64,000 nt of DNA, from IMG/VR virus record IMGVR_UViG_2690315628_000002, positions 8,517 to 72,516 of that record; one strand, written 5' to 3'. The notes under the pieces were generated by a model. The model was not told the DNA's origin. It searched no databases and saw nothing but the letters and a program-made list of their open reading frames with translations. Both the position numbers and the translations under genes were made by a program. Numbering within the stretch: the stretch's first letter is position 1; the number at the start of each line of letters is the position of its first letter. The stretch comes from a virus. Taxonomy: Duplodnaviria > Caudoviricetes. This document shows, piece by piece, positions 29,155-38,631 of the stretch.

Positions 29155-29436
29155 ATGACAGAACAACTTCCGGAGAAGATGGTGGAGCTGCCAGAAAAGA
29201 CCAGGGCCTTCCTTGCCGGGCTCCGTCTCGATGAATTGAAAACCCTCGAGGCAATCATCGAGATGCCTGCCGAAGATGTCCGAGAAGGATTTCGAATGGT
29301 GCGGGATATGCGGACCGTGGGCAAGTTCATGCGCTGGCTGCTGTTATCAATGATCGCGCTCTTCGTCGGCTCCATCATGCTTTACGAGAATATTCAAAAA
29401 GCTATCGGCTATCTGAAGGGAGGGCCGGCGCCATGA
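29155..29436 (+). CDS. Putative holin (single TM)
   Basis: C-proximal TM WLLLSMIALFVGSIMLY within the lysis cassette. Confidence 0.5.
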   Translation: MTEQLPEKMVELPEKTRAFLAGLRLDELKTLEAIIEMPAEDVREGFRMVRDMRTVGKFMRWLLLSMIALFVGSIMLYENIQKAIGYLKGGPAP

Positions 29437-29903
29437 AACGCATCGTGTGGAAAGTGGTAGGTGTTGGCGTCTTTGCGCTCGCTGGGTTGGGTTCAATCAA
29501 TCTAGGCATATGGGTTGCCGATCGGGAACCTCCGATCATCTATGAAGATGCAAAAGCACTGTCGCCCTCGGTAGAGCAGGGCGGAACGATCGAGATCGAG
29601 TTCTCAGTATTCAGGACGCGGATCTGCCCGCTCATTGCCAAGCGTTGGCTCACTGACTCTGCGAACGAACGACACAACATCCCGCAGTTCACCACCGGGC
29701 TAAAGCTGTTGGCGGGCAGGGAAACCTACCGACGGTCTATCACTGTGCCTCAGTCGGCATCTGCCGGATCGGCCGAATATCGCGTGACCTTGGAGTACGT
29801 GTGCAACCCTCTCCAGAGGTTCCTCGGACCCATTGTTGTCACTTCGCCGCCCGTCCGATTCGATGTGTTGCCTGGACGATTTGTAGTCGCGCCGCCAGCT
29901 TAA
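29433..29903 (+). CDS. Membrane-anchored periplasmic protein (lysis-associated)
   Basis: N-terminal TM, beta-rich domain with two Cys. Confidence 0.6.
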   Translation: MKRIVWKVVGVGVFALAGLGSINLGIWVADREPPIIYEDAKALSPSVEQGGTIEIEFSVFRTRICPLIAKRWLTDSANERHNIPQFTTGLKLLAGRETYRRSITVPQSASAGSAEYRVTLEYVCNPLQRFLGPIVVTSPPVRFDVLPGRFVVAPPA

Positions 29904-29939
29904 CAAATCGCCGGCAGTCCTCGATCTTGCTTTCGCAGA

Positions 29940-31340
29940 CTACAAAAACGCCGGATGCTGCGGAATCAGAATAGGATTGCCTGGGGGCAAAATCGTAAAC
30001 GCAAACTTTGCTTCAAACATTTCATCTGGTTGGGGATCGTTTGTCGCAAGCAATGTTGCTATAAGGATGTATCCTAGCGCATTTCTCGCCCATATCATGT
30101 CCCCCTTGTTTACGGAGAAAGCGCTCTGCGCTCCTAAAACTAGCTTGGAGTCAATTATTTGCCCGGCACTGATTGCTGGAATAACGTTCAGTTGATCTTT
30201 ACCGTTCGGATATGCCCACAAAGAGTCTTTGCCTTGCTCGGAAACGCTGAATTCAAATCGAGCGTCGCCGGCGGTAAATGTTATGTTTTGTCCGCCGTTA
30301 CGCATCCGAAAATTGGCAAGAGCAGTTGAACCCAGAGATGATTTAGCTTCTCGGAAATTGAGTAAGCCTTTTCCAACGTCAAACGATAGTGAATCACGAA
30401 TGACGTTGTTGGCCGCAATCTCGGCACTTTCAATCAGACTAACGAAGTCTCTTGAAACCTCCATCTCACTGAGGACTTCGTGGAACTCAACCAGTCTGAT
30501 GCTCTTCCCGCCTGAGTGTTTCCTATATTCGGCCACCAGTTCTGGTCTCGGATATATACCTTGGCTGTTAAGCCGAACGAACCAGTCAGCTTTCTCCTCA
30601 CCGGTGACAAATATCAAATCTTTCTGTTGAGACGCGCCTAGCGCAAGCAGCGATTTCCAAACCAAAAAATCGCCGATCCCCGTATCCTCTTTGCCGCCGT
30701 CCTTGTAACCCGGAGGCACTTTATTGATTAGCCGCCTCTGCCAGTCGGCCAGTATATCCACATTCGCGTCAGTAGGTGAGATGATGTTCGCGCTATCGAA
30801 AACGGTGTTGTAAATGCTCGTGACAGGATCGTCACCGCTCCAAGATTGAACCCTTGCTTCGACTTTCTCGAGCGCTGCTGTATACTGTTTCTTGGCCGCA
30901 TTAAGCGCTTGGCTCGCGGTCGCCATCTCTTCACTTCCGTCAACACCGTCCAAGATCGGAGACAGCTTTTTCTCGCCGATATTTATCCGAGATTTTACGT
31001 CTCCGAGCGTTTTCAGCAGCTCGGCGAGCTTCTTGTCTCTATTGGTGATGAACTCTCTTGCAACTCTTGCCGGGAGGAAAAGCCTGTTTTCGGATCGGAG
31101 GTCTTGATAGAACTTCTGGAGCGTCGATAATCCGTCCTTCCTTATTGTGTAAGGCAATAGAAGCACGTTGGTGTCAACGGCGATCAGAACGTTTTTGTTT
31201 GACGCCTTCGCCACTTTATTGGGTTTGAATATTTGAGACACATCTTCGAAGCTGCTCTCGAGCTTGAATGGGTCGAACCCCGCAACCAAGCCTTCGGTGT
31301 TCGCTGCCTTCTGCAGTTTCGCTTCTTTAGGTGTAGTCAT
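29940..31340 (-). CDS. PIN-domain protein (PIN_8/DUF4935-like) moron
   Basis: AVDTNVLL, EF, PPGYKD, GDFLVWK, FVTGEEKADW; more AT-rich and antisense to late genes. Confidence 0.8.
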   Translation of the reverse strand: MTTPKEAKLQKAANTEGLVAGFDPFKLESSFEDVSQIFKPNKVAKASNKNVLIAVDTNVLLLPYTIRKDGLSTLQKFYQDLRSENRLFLPARVAREFITNRDKKLAELLKTLGDVKSRINIGEKKLSPILDGVDGSEEMATASQALNAAKKQYTAALEKVEARVQSWSGDDPVTSIYNTVFDSANIISPTDANVDILADWQRRLINKVPPGYKDGGKEDTGIGDFLVWKSLLALGASQQKDLIFVTGEEKADWFVRLNSQGIYPRPELVAEYRKHSGGKSIRLVEFHEVLSEMEVSRDFVSLIESAEIAANNVIRDSLSFDVGKGLLNFREAKSSLGSTALANFRMRNGGQNITFTAGDARFEFSVSEQGKDSLWAYPNGKDQLNVIPAISAGQIIDSKLVLGAQSAFSVNKGDMIWARNALGYILIATLLATNDPQPDEMFEAKFAFTILPPGNPILIPQHPAFL

Positions 31341-31616
31341 CGCAGTCCCCAAATAACCAAACGAGTGCCAGCATCTTCAGCATTATCGCTGAACGCGCAA
31401 CGTTAAGTAGTGGTTATCCACGGTTCCTGCACTCATCCGGTATGGTGCCGCATACTCATTTCTCGCTGCGGGTAGTGCTCCCAGCAATGCCACGTGGACT
31501 TTTCGGCTTTCGATCGGGAGAAGCCAAATCCACCCCACTGCTTGCAACCTGGATGTTCGCACCAATGATTTTCGTGGATACCGTCGCCGGCCTTGTTAGT
31601 CTGGTCGCTCATTGCC

Positions 31617-31934
31617 TCACGGTCCCTTCATGGATTGCAGGTCGTCTGCTAATCGCTCCAGTTTCCATCCGCCCGTAGGTGGGGAGGCCGACAGGCGCTC
31701 GGCACGCTGGTTGAGTTTCGCGACGGCGATGATCTTGGCATCACGATACGAAGTAGCTTCAACCGAGACGCGCCAGCGGCCGGCCTGAAACCGGTATGAT
31801 TTGAACTTCTTTTGCTCAACGAAGACGCAGCCAGCGGTAAATGCGTCACGGTACGACTCCTTGTCGCCGTTTACGGCTTCCGACCGCGATTTCCACCACC
31901 GCTCGAAGTTTCTGTCTATATCTGCTTTTAGCAT
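31617..31934 (-). CDS. Hypothetical protein, probably LexA-regulated and leaderless
   Basis: 105-aa ORF whose ATG directly follows a GAAC-N7-GAAC box. Confidence 0.65.
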   Translation of the reverse strand: MLKADIDRNFERWWKSRSEAVNGDKESYRDAFTAGCVFVEQKKFKSYRFQAGRWRVSVEATSYRDAKIIAVAKLNQRAERLSASPPTGGWKLERLADDLQSMKGP

Positions 31935-31968
31935 GTTCCTATTATGTTCTTCTGTCGGGAAGAGTCAA
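31935..31968 (-). promoter_or_regulatory. Alphaproteobacterial SOS box overlapping a sigma70-type promoter
   Basis: Minus strand TTGACT-16-CATAAT; GAAC-ATAATAG-GAAC at 31935-31949. Confidence 0.7.
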
Positions 31969-32118
31969 TATCTGCAGAGAAGCGCTCTTTTTGATTTGAA
32001 AGGTGCACGAAAACTGGCGGGGCTTTCGCCCTTCTTTTTCGCAGACCGTATCTAGGGGGGACGGGCTTGTATTGCTCGCGCTTTGGTTTATTTCTTCGAG
32101 CATAAAGTCGGGGGCGAA

Positions 32119-33645
32119 ATGGTAGCTTTAGGATCAACCGCTGGTAAAGTGTTCAGCGCCTGTAGAACAACACTGATCGAGGTTTCAGCACACCTACAGG
32201 CCCACGGATCGACTGCTCTGATGGAGGTTGCAACCATTTTAGACAGACTGGTGGACGACCTCGGCGATGGCAAGAAACCAGAAGAAAATCTGGATTTCAT
32301 TCTCTTCGAATTGGATAGCATATTCGAGTCAGCGTACTACGAACCGCTCGACGCTGAGGAAATGTACGGAATATCAGTTGCGACTCGCCTTACCGACGTA
32401 GTGAGAGGTTTGAGGATTCTTTCAGATCACCACCATTTTGAACAGCAACTGAAATCGAGTGGAGACGCAACTAGAGCTTCGTTGCTAACGGCGTCCGCGC
32501 AACCTGCACCCATTCAGGATAAAGTTAATCAGATCAACAGGCGTATCAGATTAGGGGAAAATGAATACCGCCAGCTCGTGCTCGATCAGCCAAGGACCTC
32601 GCGGATTGAGGAGCTAGGTTTCCATGCTGAGCGCGTCAGCGACCTTGTCGACCAACTGCGATTGGCCGGAGAGTCAACACTGCTTATGGCCGTTGAAAAT
32701 CTTGCGCATGCAATAGATGGTCTCATGGACGAGTACGCTGACTTCTTTTCCTCTGAGTCAGCCGATCAACTGCGTCAGACGTTCGAGGCGGCGTCTGAAA
32801 TCGCTCATGACTTGCTTGCTGAAACGGCAGGAACTGCCGGCGTTGATGAACCTGTCGTTACGCATCGCGAGCAAGCATTGGCTCCCTTTCAGTTCGCCAT
32901 CTCTGGCGACCGGCTGACATTACAACCTCAGCAGACACATCCGAAATCAGGCTCAGAGCGGATCGTAGCAGCTGCATCGCGAGCCCTGCACGCACACGCA
33001 GAAGACCTTGCCGATGATCTTGAGGGCTCGAACCACCCTCGGCTCTTCCGGGCGTTTAACCGCCTGCGTGCGGCCCTCAATGACGGGTCCAACGTAGTCG
33101 AGATCGGGATGCTCTGCGCCACGCTAGATGGACAAATCCGAGCCGCGTCAGAAGAACTGTCGGATAGCCTGTTAGCACTTCTATTGAGCTTCAGTAAGGG
33201 CGTGATGGATTTTGCATCTCAGTTTGACGAGTGGCAAGAGTTCTCTGACAATGCGGCTGAGGCCAACTTCGAACCGCAGGACGGCGAGAACTATACCAAG
33301 ATCGCTCGGGTTCTCGCAGTTGAATTGGAACGTCGTCAAGAAGTGGACTCGAAGGTGCCTGAAGCCCTTCGCCAAGTTGCGGAGTGGAATGAAAAAACCG
33401 ATTCGCCGCGGTCACGTCTGAGCCTTGGAAGGACAGTTCTGAACATCATCACCGTCTGTTTCAACGAACTCGTCAAAAAACCAGCGCAGATGGTGATCGG
33501 CGTGACTGGGACCGCGATTGTCGCGATCGTGCTCCACCACGCAGCGATCTATGCTGCTGAGATTTCACGAACGCCCGAAGGCTCATGGTTAAGACCTGCC
33601 GTAAGGGTGATCGAGAGCCACGTCGGGAAATTAGAAACCCCTTGA
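32119..33645 (+). CDS. Large helical hypothetical moron protein
   Basis: ~508-aa uninterrupted ORF with no motif I recognise. Confidence 0.7.
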   Translation: MVALGSTAGKVFSACRTTLIEVSAHLQAHGSTALMEVATILDRLVDDLGDGKKPEENLDFILFELDSIFESAYYEPLDAEEMYGISVATRLTDVVRGLRILSDHHHFEQQLKSSGDATRASLLTASAQPAPIQDKVNQINRRIRLGENEYRQLVLDQPRTSRIEELGFHAERVSDLVDQLRLAGESTLLMAVENLAHAIDGLMDEYADFFSSESADQLRQTFEAASEIAHDLLAETAGTAGVDEPVVTHREQALAPFQFAISGDRLTLQPQQTHPKSGSERIVAAASRALHAHAEDLADDLEGSNHPRLFRAFNRLRAALNDGSNVVEIGMLCATLDGQIRAASEELSDSLLALLLSFSKGVMDFASQFDEWQEFSDNAAEANFEPQDGENYTKIARVLAVELERRQEVDSKVPEALRQVAEWNEKTDSPRSRLSLGRTVLNIITVCFNELVKKPAQMVIGVTGTAIVAIVLHHAAIYAAEISRTPEGSWLRPAVRVIESHVGKLETP

Positions 33646-33648
33646 CGT

Positions 33649-33909
33649 TCAGCACAGCGCCTCGGCCATAGCCTGGGCAAAGCCGATCTCGACACCTTCC
33701 CATTTACCGGCCTCCACCTGCGCCTGCAACACGCGGGACAGGTGGAGTGGATTTTCGGTGGCAGTCATCACAGAACGAAGTTGCGTGAAATATAAGCGAC
33801 CAGTGTCGCAGTCTGCCTGATAATCATCGGTGCGTACCGGAGCCCATGGTTGGATGCGGCCTGTATCGGAGGCGACGAAAGGAAGCTGCTCAAAACTCGT
33901 TACAATCAT
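33649..33909 (-). CDS. Hypothetical protein
   Basis: 86-aa ORF closing the leftward operon. Confidence 0.6.
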   Translation of the reverse strand: MIVTSFEQLPFVASDTGRIQPWAPVRTDDYQADCDTGRLYFTQLRSVMTATENPLHLSRVLQAQVEAGKWEGVEIGFAQAMAEALC

Positions 33910-33919
33910 TGTTCCACTC

Positions 33920-35380
33920 TTATATTAGGTCGCTGAGGTCGACGGTTTCACCGATCAAGTCTGATAGGTAGGAATTTAATCCTTTTATTTTAGAATGTGA
34001 ACATACCGAGAACAAATTTTCGGCAAGTGGTTCATCCGTAAGGGACATTTTTTGGTTGTGTTCCTCGATCTCTGGGAATCTGCGACCCAGAAACTCGACG
34101 TACTCAGTTTCAGCTTCCATGAGGATACAGTCAAAACCTTCGCGGCGGGCAGCCTCTGCTGTTGTTCCGGAGCCGGCGAATGGATCAAGCACGATGCCAC
34201 CCGGTGGGGTGATGTGCCGGATCAGGTTCGCCATTAGCGCGATGGGCTTTACGGTGGGATGAGCGCCAACCGGCTTCCCGTTCTCATCGACCGGGAGAAG
34301 ATGATGTGCTCGATCAGATTTACCGGCTTTCGCCTGGTAGATTAGTGCGTCACCGAGGTCGTCGCTTATAAAGCCGGCGAGCTTCGCCAGCGCATAATCT
34401 TCGTCGGTCAGCGGGAAATGATGAAAAAACCGACTGGCTGATGCCGAGCCATCGCCGGGAAACATCGAGAGCACGTTCTGAGACCCGTCGAGGATGAGAT
34501 TAGACGGATGTCTGCCGACCGGATCGTAGTTTTCGCGAGCCTTGTCAAACACGCCGTAGACGAGATTGGTCATGGCCCCGCTGCCGAAATCAGCGTGCTG
34601 GTTCTTTTCTTTCGATTCCCGTTCATCTGTGTCGCCTGCGAAGGCGACACGGCACCCATCGATGTTGACCGCTCCGAGACCGTGTTTCAGGAGATTGGCA
34701 GCCCCGTTCTTTTCGCTGAACGGTTTCTGGGCGAGATAAATGGGTTCGAGCGCTGGTTTCTGCGCCTGAGTGCCGTAAGCCCATCCTTCCCATTCCGCAG
34801 CTTCATCGGAGCCGGGAACGTAAGTGCCGGGCTGATATTCTCGCCCATTGTCCTTGATCCAGCTTCCGTCGCGATTTTGATCTGCGCCGGGGATCATGCG
34901 CTTCACCGGATTACCAGCGGCGTTGAAATGTCCCTCGACACCCAAGTGTTTGTCGATCGCCTTGTCGGCAGCGTGCGCCTTCGGAAAGCCGCTTCCAAAA
35001 CACCAACCGTGCATCGGATGCATGACGAATCCGGCCAATTCCATGGCGCATGCCTGCCAGTGGCCGGTTCGGCTTCCGCTGAAAGCGAACACATACCCGC
35101 CTGGTAACAGGATGTCGTAGATTAGCTTCCAGAACTCAGGATCGCGCTCAATACCGGTGCCATCCCACGCGCGACCCATGAAGCCGCCCGACAGACGGGC
35201 GAAGCTGCCGTCGTTCTTCTCGCGACGGGCAGGGGCTGAGCCTTCCTTGCCGAAACGCTTCTGGATCGAAACCAGTCCATACGGCGGATCGGTTACGACC
35301 GAATGGACGCGCACGCCATCTGCAATCAGGCGTCGTAATGAGGCGCGGTTGTCGCCGGGATGCAGGGTGATGCTTGTCAT
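33920..35380 (-). CDS. Amino (N6A/N4C) DNA methyltransferase, beta order
   Basis: VTDPPYG precedes HPTVKP..VLDPFAGSGTT. Confidence 0.9.
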   Translation of the reverse strand: MTSITLHPGDNRASLRRLIADGVRVHSVVTDPPYGLVSIQKRFGKEGSAPARREKNDGSFARLSGGFMGRAWDGTGIERDPEFWKLIYDILLPGGYVFAFSGSRTGHWQACAMELAGFVMHPMHGWCFGSGFPKAHAADKAIDKHLGVEGHFNAAGNPVKRMIPGADQNRDGSWIKDNGREYQPGTYVPGSDEAAEWEGWAYGTQAQKPALEPIYLAQKPFSEKNGAANLLKHGLGAVNIDGCRVAFAGDTDERESKEKNQHADFGSGAMTNLVYGVFDKARENYDPVGRHPSNLILDGSQNVLSMFPGDGSASASRFFHHFPLTDEDYALAKLAGFISDDLGDALIYQAKAGKSDRAHHLLPVDENGKPVGAHPTVKPIALMANLIRHITPPGGIVLDPFAGSGTTAEAARREGFDCILMEAETEYVEFLGRRFPEIEEHNQKMSLTDEPLAENLFSVCSHSKIKGLNSYLSDLIGETVDLSDLI

Positions 35381-35390
35381 AGGAATACTT

Positions 35391-35642
35391 TCAGACCAGA
35401 AGATCGTCGGATGCGTCGGCGGTCGTTTTTGGTCGCAGCACCTGAAGCAGGACGCGACGCAATTTCTCCGACGGTGATGCTTCGGGCACCAGGTCGTCGA
35501 CAACGAAGCTGTTATGATCGCGGCCCATGCTGACGAGGCTGCCGGTGCCGCCCATCTTGCTGTTGAAGATGCGGATCGAGTGCCAGTCGCCGTTGGACAT
35601 TGCGAGATCGATCAGTTCTTCGAGAGACATTTCCTCGATCAT
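35391..35642 (-). CDS. Hypothetical protein ending SDDLLV
   Basis: ATGA-coupled in the leftward operon. Confidence 0.6.
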   Translation of the reverse strand: MIEEMSLEELIDLAMSNGDWHSIRIFNSKMGGTGSLVSMGRDHNSFVVDDLVPEASPSEKLRRVLLQVLRPKTTADASDDLLV

Positions 35643-35884
35643 ACGAGCAGCTCTTCCTCAGATGGTTTGGCGGGTGCAGCGAAAGCCGGCATGTCGCGCG
35701 TTCGGTGGCTCGGTGGCAGCAGCTTGACCGCCTCGAAGATTGCCTGATCGAGATCGGCGATGTGTTGGGTGTCGGTTTGCGATGTATCCTGTGAGATCGC
35801 CCACAGGGCGGCGATCGCTTCATAGGCGGCGTCGAGTTGGCCGCGCAGGAAAGCAACTTGGATGTAGTTGTCGCTGGCGGCCAT
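35639..35884 (-). CDS. Hypothetical protein ending EEELLV
   Basis: Tightly packed in operon. Confidence 0.6.
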   Translation of the reverse strand: MAASDNYIQVAFLRGQLDAAYEAIAALWAISQDTSQTDTQHIADLDQAIFEAVKLLPPSHRTRDMPAFAAPAKPSEEELLV

Positions 35885-35887
35885 GGT

Positions 35888-36229
35888 TCACACCAGCAGG
35901 TCGTCGGGGTCGATGTTGCGCATAATGGCATCAGCGACAACCAGGGTTCCGTGCGCAACTTCACCAAGGTCAAGATCGATGTCATCGTCGATAACAACAG
36001 CGGTAACCGCCGACGCGCCAGCCGCGTCGAAGCCCTCGAGTTTGCCGGTCGCTGCGTCGAACGTCAGACCGGTTTCAGCAGCCTTCCCACCTGGAAACAC
36101 GCGGTCCAGCTCTTCGAGGAGAGGGGTCTTCTGCAGCACGAGTGTTACAGCCTCGCCGCCTATGGTTACGATGGTGAAGGGGCTGCCCTTCGTCTTGCGG
36201 ATCGCGCCGCGCAGTTCGCCGAGTTTCAT
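35888..36229 (-). CDS. Hypothetical protein ending IDPDDLLV
   Basis: GGAG SD; tightly packed in operon. Confidence 0.65.
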   Translation of the reverse strand: MKLGELRGAIRKTKGSPFTIVTIGGEAVTLVLQKTPLLEELDRVFPGGKAAETGLTFDAATGKLEGFDAAGASAVTAVVIDDDIDLDLGEVAHGTLVVADAIMRNIDPDDLLV

Positions 36230-36250
36230 TTGAAGTCTCCGTTGTTGGGA

Positions 36251-36529
36251 TCAGGGGTCGAGCATCGTCATGCCGAGCGCGGCCATATACGTCTGCAGAA
36301 TGGTTTCTTCTTCGAGGCGTTCGTTGGCGTCCTTTTTGCGGAGCCGAATGATGGTGCGGATCGCCTTGGTGTCGTAGCCGCGGCCCTTGGCCTCGCCCAT
36401 CACGTCTTTGATGTCCCCTTGGATCGCTGCCTTTTCTTCCTCGAGCCGCTCGACGCGCTCAATAAACTGACGAAGTTCGGCGGAGGCGACCGTTTCGACC
36501 GTTTCTCCGCTGTTGTGTCCGATAGACAT
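36251..36529 (-). CDS. gapR: GapR-family (DUF2312) DNA-binding protein
   Basis: [55 protein letters not shown]. Confidence 0.9.
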   Translation of the reverse strand: MSIGHNSGETVETVASAELRQFIERVERLEEEKAAIQGDIKDVMGEAKGRGYDTKAIRTIIRLRKKDANERLEEETILQTYMAALGMTMLDP

Positions 36530-36578
36530 TTCAACTCCTAATGATTGGAAATCACGTAAAACGTGAAATATAAGCGCG

Positions 36579-37085
36579 TCAAGAAGCGACTGGTTTGCCT
36601 TCAAGTCCACCATCGATGAACGACTTCGCGCCGGACAGGTGGGCCGGTCGAAGATGGTTCTTCCCGCTTTCAGTAAACGGCGGAACTCCCTCCGGATACT
36701 TCGCGAAAATTTCGTCGACGACACGCTGAAGCTCTACACGAACGGCTTCTAGGTTCGCTTTCGGCGGTCGGTCGTCGTTCAACTGCTGCTGGATCATCGC
36801 GTCGCGCAGGACCACGAGGCTGCTGATGGCTTTGGTGATGTGGGACAGCTTGCTATCGTCGTCGATGTCTTCGCCTTCCCACCACTGCATGATGTGTCCC
36901 ATCGCAGCGTCGACGTAGACCGATGCTTTGACACCAGATACGCGATAGTTATGCCTACCGTATTTCGCTGCGCCTTCCAGCATCGCGACACCAACTTCGC
37001 ACATGACGGTCATCGGAACCGTTGCAAACTGCCGCCACTTCCTGATGCCGAAGCCGTCTTTTGGGTTCGTTTCCTTGGTGCTCAT
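36579..37085 (-). CDS. dATP/dGTP diphosphohydrolase (DUF5664-like)
   Basis: [38 protein letters not shown]. Confidence 0.8.
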   Translation of the reverse strand: MSTKETNPKDGFGIRKWRQFATVPMTVMCEVGVAMLEGAAKYGRHNYRVSGVKASVYVDAAMGHIMQWWEGEDIDDDSKLSHITKAISSLVVLRDAMIQQQLNDDRPPKANLEAVRVELQRVVDEIFAKYPEGVPPFTESGKNHLRPAHLSGAKSFIDGGLEGKPVAS

Positions 37086-37294
37086 TGGCGGGCCTCCGCG
37101 GCGAGTGCCTCGCGGACACGATCAAAAGCTTCCCACACATTCTCGTTGTGGACCGGCTGAACATTGTGTTCGGCACCATCGCGCATGCGCACGGTCACAT
37201 GCCCGGAGCTATAGTAGCACTGGACGCTCTGCACGTAGCGAGGATTGACGCTGGTGGTCTTCGTGATCTCGACGAGCGCCATGGCAATCACCAC
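37082..37294 (-). CDS. Small hypothetical protein
   Basis: Coupled to both neighbours. Confidence 0.5.
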   Translation of the reverse strand: MVIAMALVEITKTTSVNPRYVQSVQCYYSSGHVTVRMRDGAEHNVQPVHNENVWEAFDRVREALAAEARQ

Positions 37295-37833
37295 TTCTTG
37301 CCGTTTGCAGCAAGCCTGGCCTCGTTCTTGTGATCGGCGCGAACAGCGTTGTATTCTCGCTTCTCCGTAACTGCGCCGTCGACATCATAGCCGAACTTCG
37401 CGGCATAGGCGGCGATCGTCGCGAGGACGCGGGTGATTTCGATTCCGACACGAACGTGCCAGTTCGACTCGATGAGGTTGCCGACGCCCGTGACAAGCCG
37501 CACGATCGCAAATAGAGCTTCTGCGCGGTTGTCGCTGAGATCGATTGCGAGCCCTTCCGGATCGACGAGCTTAAATCCACAGCCGCCAGCGAAATCGAAG
37601 AGTCTGATCTTGGCGTCGGCCAATTCCACTTCCGCCATCTTGCGGTGGGGCAGGTGGTCATCCATGAGATCCTTCCGCTCGCCTTCCATGGCTTCGGAAA
37701 GTTCGCTGACGACCAGCATCAGCATCTCGCCCTTGTTTCGGTCCAGACGCTCACCGGTCGCCGGGTCGCGCCACCAGTGGGCATTGGAGGCGTGAATTTC
37801 AGCGGCAATGCTGTTTAAGTCGATCATTTCCAC
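37288..37833 (-). CDS. MazG-like nucleotide pyrophosphohydrolase
   Basis: VSELSEAMEG..EVELADAKIRLFD..EKREYN. Confidence 0.8.
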   Translation of the reverse strand: MEMIDLNSIAAEIHASNAHWWRDPATGERLDRNKGEMLMLVVSELSEAMEGERKDLMDDHLPHRKMAEVELADAKIRLFDFAGGCGFKLVDPEGLAIDLSDNRAEALFAIVRLVTGVGNLIESNWHVRVGIEITRVLATIAAYAAKFGYDVDGAVTEKREYNAVRADHKNEARLAANGKKW

Positions 37834-38009
37834 TTGTTCCTCATCTTGCGCTTGTTAGTGCTTCGACCGAGATGGAAGAAGCCGCAGAATGTACATTTGT
37901 AGGGCGGTGCTTTGGGATAGCGCTTCCTGACTGAGGCGACGACGTTTGCGGTGAACCGCTCTTTGCCCTGACAGGAAGACTCCCAAACCGTATCCTTATT
38001 TCGCCTCAT
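37824..38009 (-). CDS. Small basic Zn-binding protein
   Basis: CQGKERF..YKCTFCGFFHL. Confidence 0.55.
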   Translation of the reverse strand: MRRNKDTVWESSCQGKERFTANVVASVRKRYPKAPPYKCTFCGFFHLGRSTNKRKMRNKWK

Positions 38010-38031
38010 AATTCCACCTTTAAAGTGAAAG

Positions 38032-38631
38032 TCAAGATAAAAGTGAAACAATTGGCCGCAGATCGTCTATCCACGTTACGAGCGGATCACCAGGCTTCTC
38101 ATGCGACCGATTGTGGGACCGACGGACCATAAATGAGTTATGGCCACAGTCGTGCCCGGAGAGCGCATGGGTGTAATTGTCCTCGATCCAGACGCCACGC
38201 TCAAGGATACCGAGCCACTTCTTTTTGCTTTCTCCGAGCGGCAGGCAGATAACCTGCTCGAAGATGTCGCCGAAGATGAGATCGAGATTGAACTTACGCC
38301 GCGCGACCACCACGGGATTGTCGGAGCAACTGGTCAGGACCGAGAGCCGATGACCCATCTCTTTGAGCACCGAAACATTTTCGATTGCATGGGGGCATGC
38401 TTCAAGATTGGCGAACTGGGAACTGTGGTTGAAGCCGGCAACCATTTCACGCGATGCTGCCGGCGTCAGGCCGAGCCAACCGCTCATGTCCCATGAGTCG
38501 GGGAGCCCTTTGATTTCTCGGTTTTCGATAGAAGACACAAAGCGCTTGAAACCGCCAAGCCAGTCTAAAAGAACGTCGTCGCAGTCCAGGATGATGTGGA
38601 GGTTTCGGTTCTGGCGATGGAAGTCGATCAT
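38032..38631 (-). CDS. HAD-superfamily 5'-deoxyribonucleotidase-like protein
   Basis: ILDCDDVLLDW (DxD), LTS, K, WIEDN. Confidence 0.8.
   Translation of the reverse strand: MIDFHRQNRNLHIILDCDDVLLDWLGGFKRFVSSIENREIKGLPDSWDMSGWLGLTPAASREMVAGFNHSSQFANLEACPHAIENVSVLKEMGHRLSVLTSCSDNPVVVARRKFNLDLIFGDIFEQVICLPLGESKKKWLGILERGVWIEDNYTHALSGHDCGHNSFMVRRSHNRSHEKPGDPLVTWIDDLRPIVSLLS

Noticed and set aside
36579-37833. Z-genome or 7-deazaguanine modification system
   Set aside because: No PurZ, QueC/D/E, FolE or DpdA-like gene is recognisable in the window.
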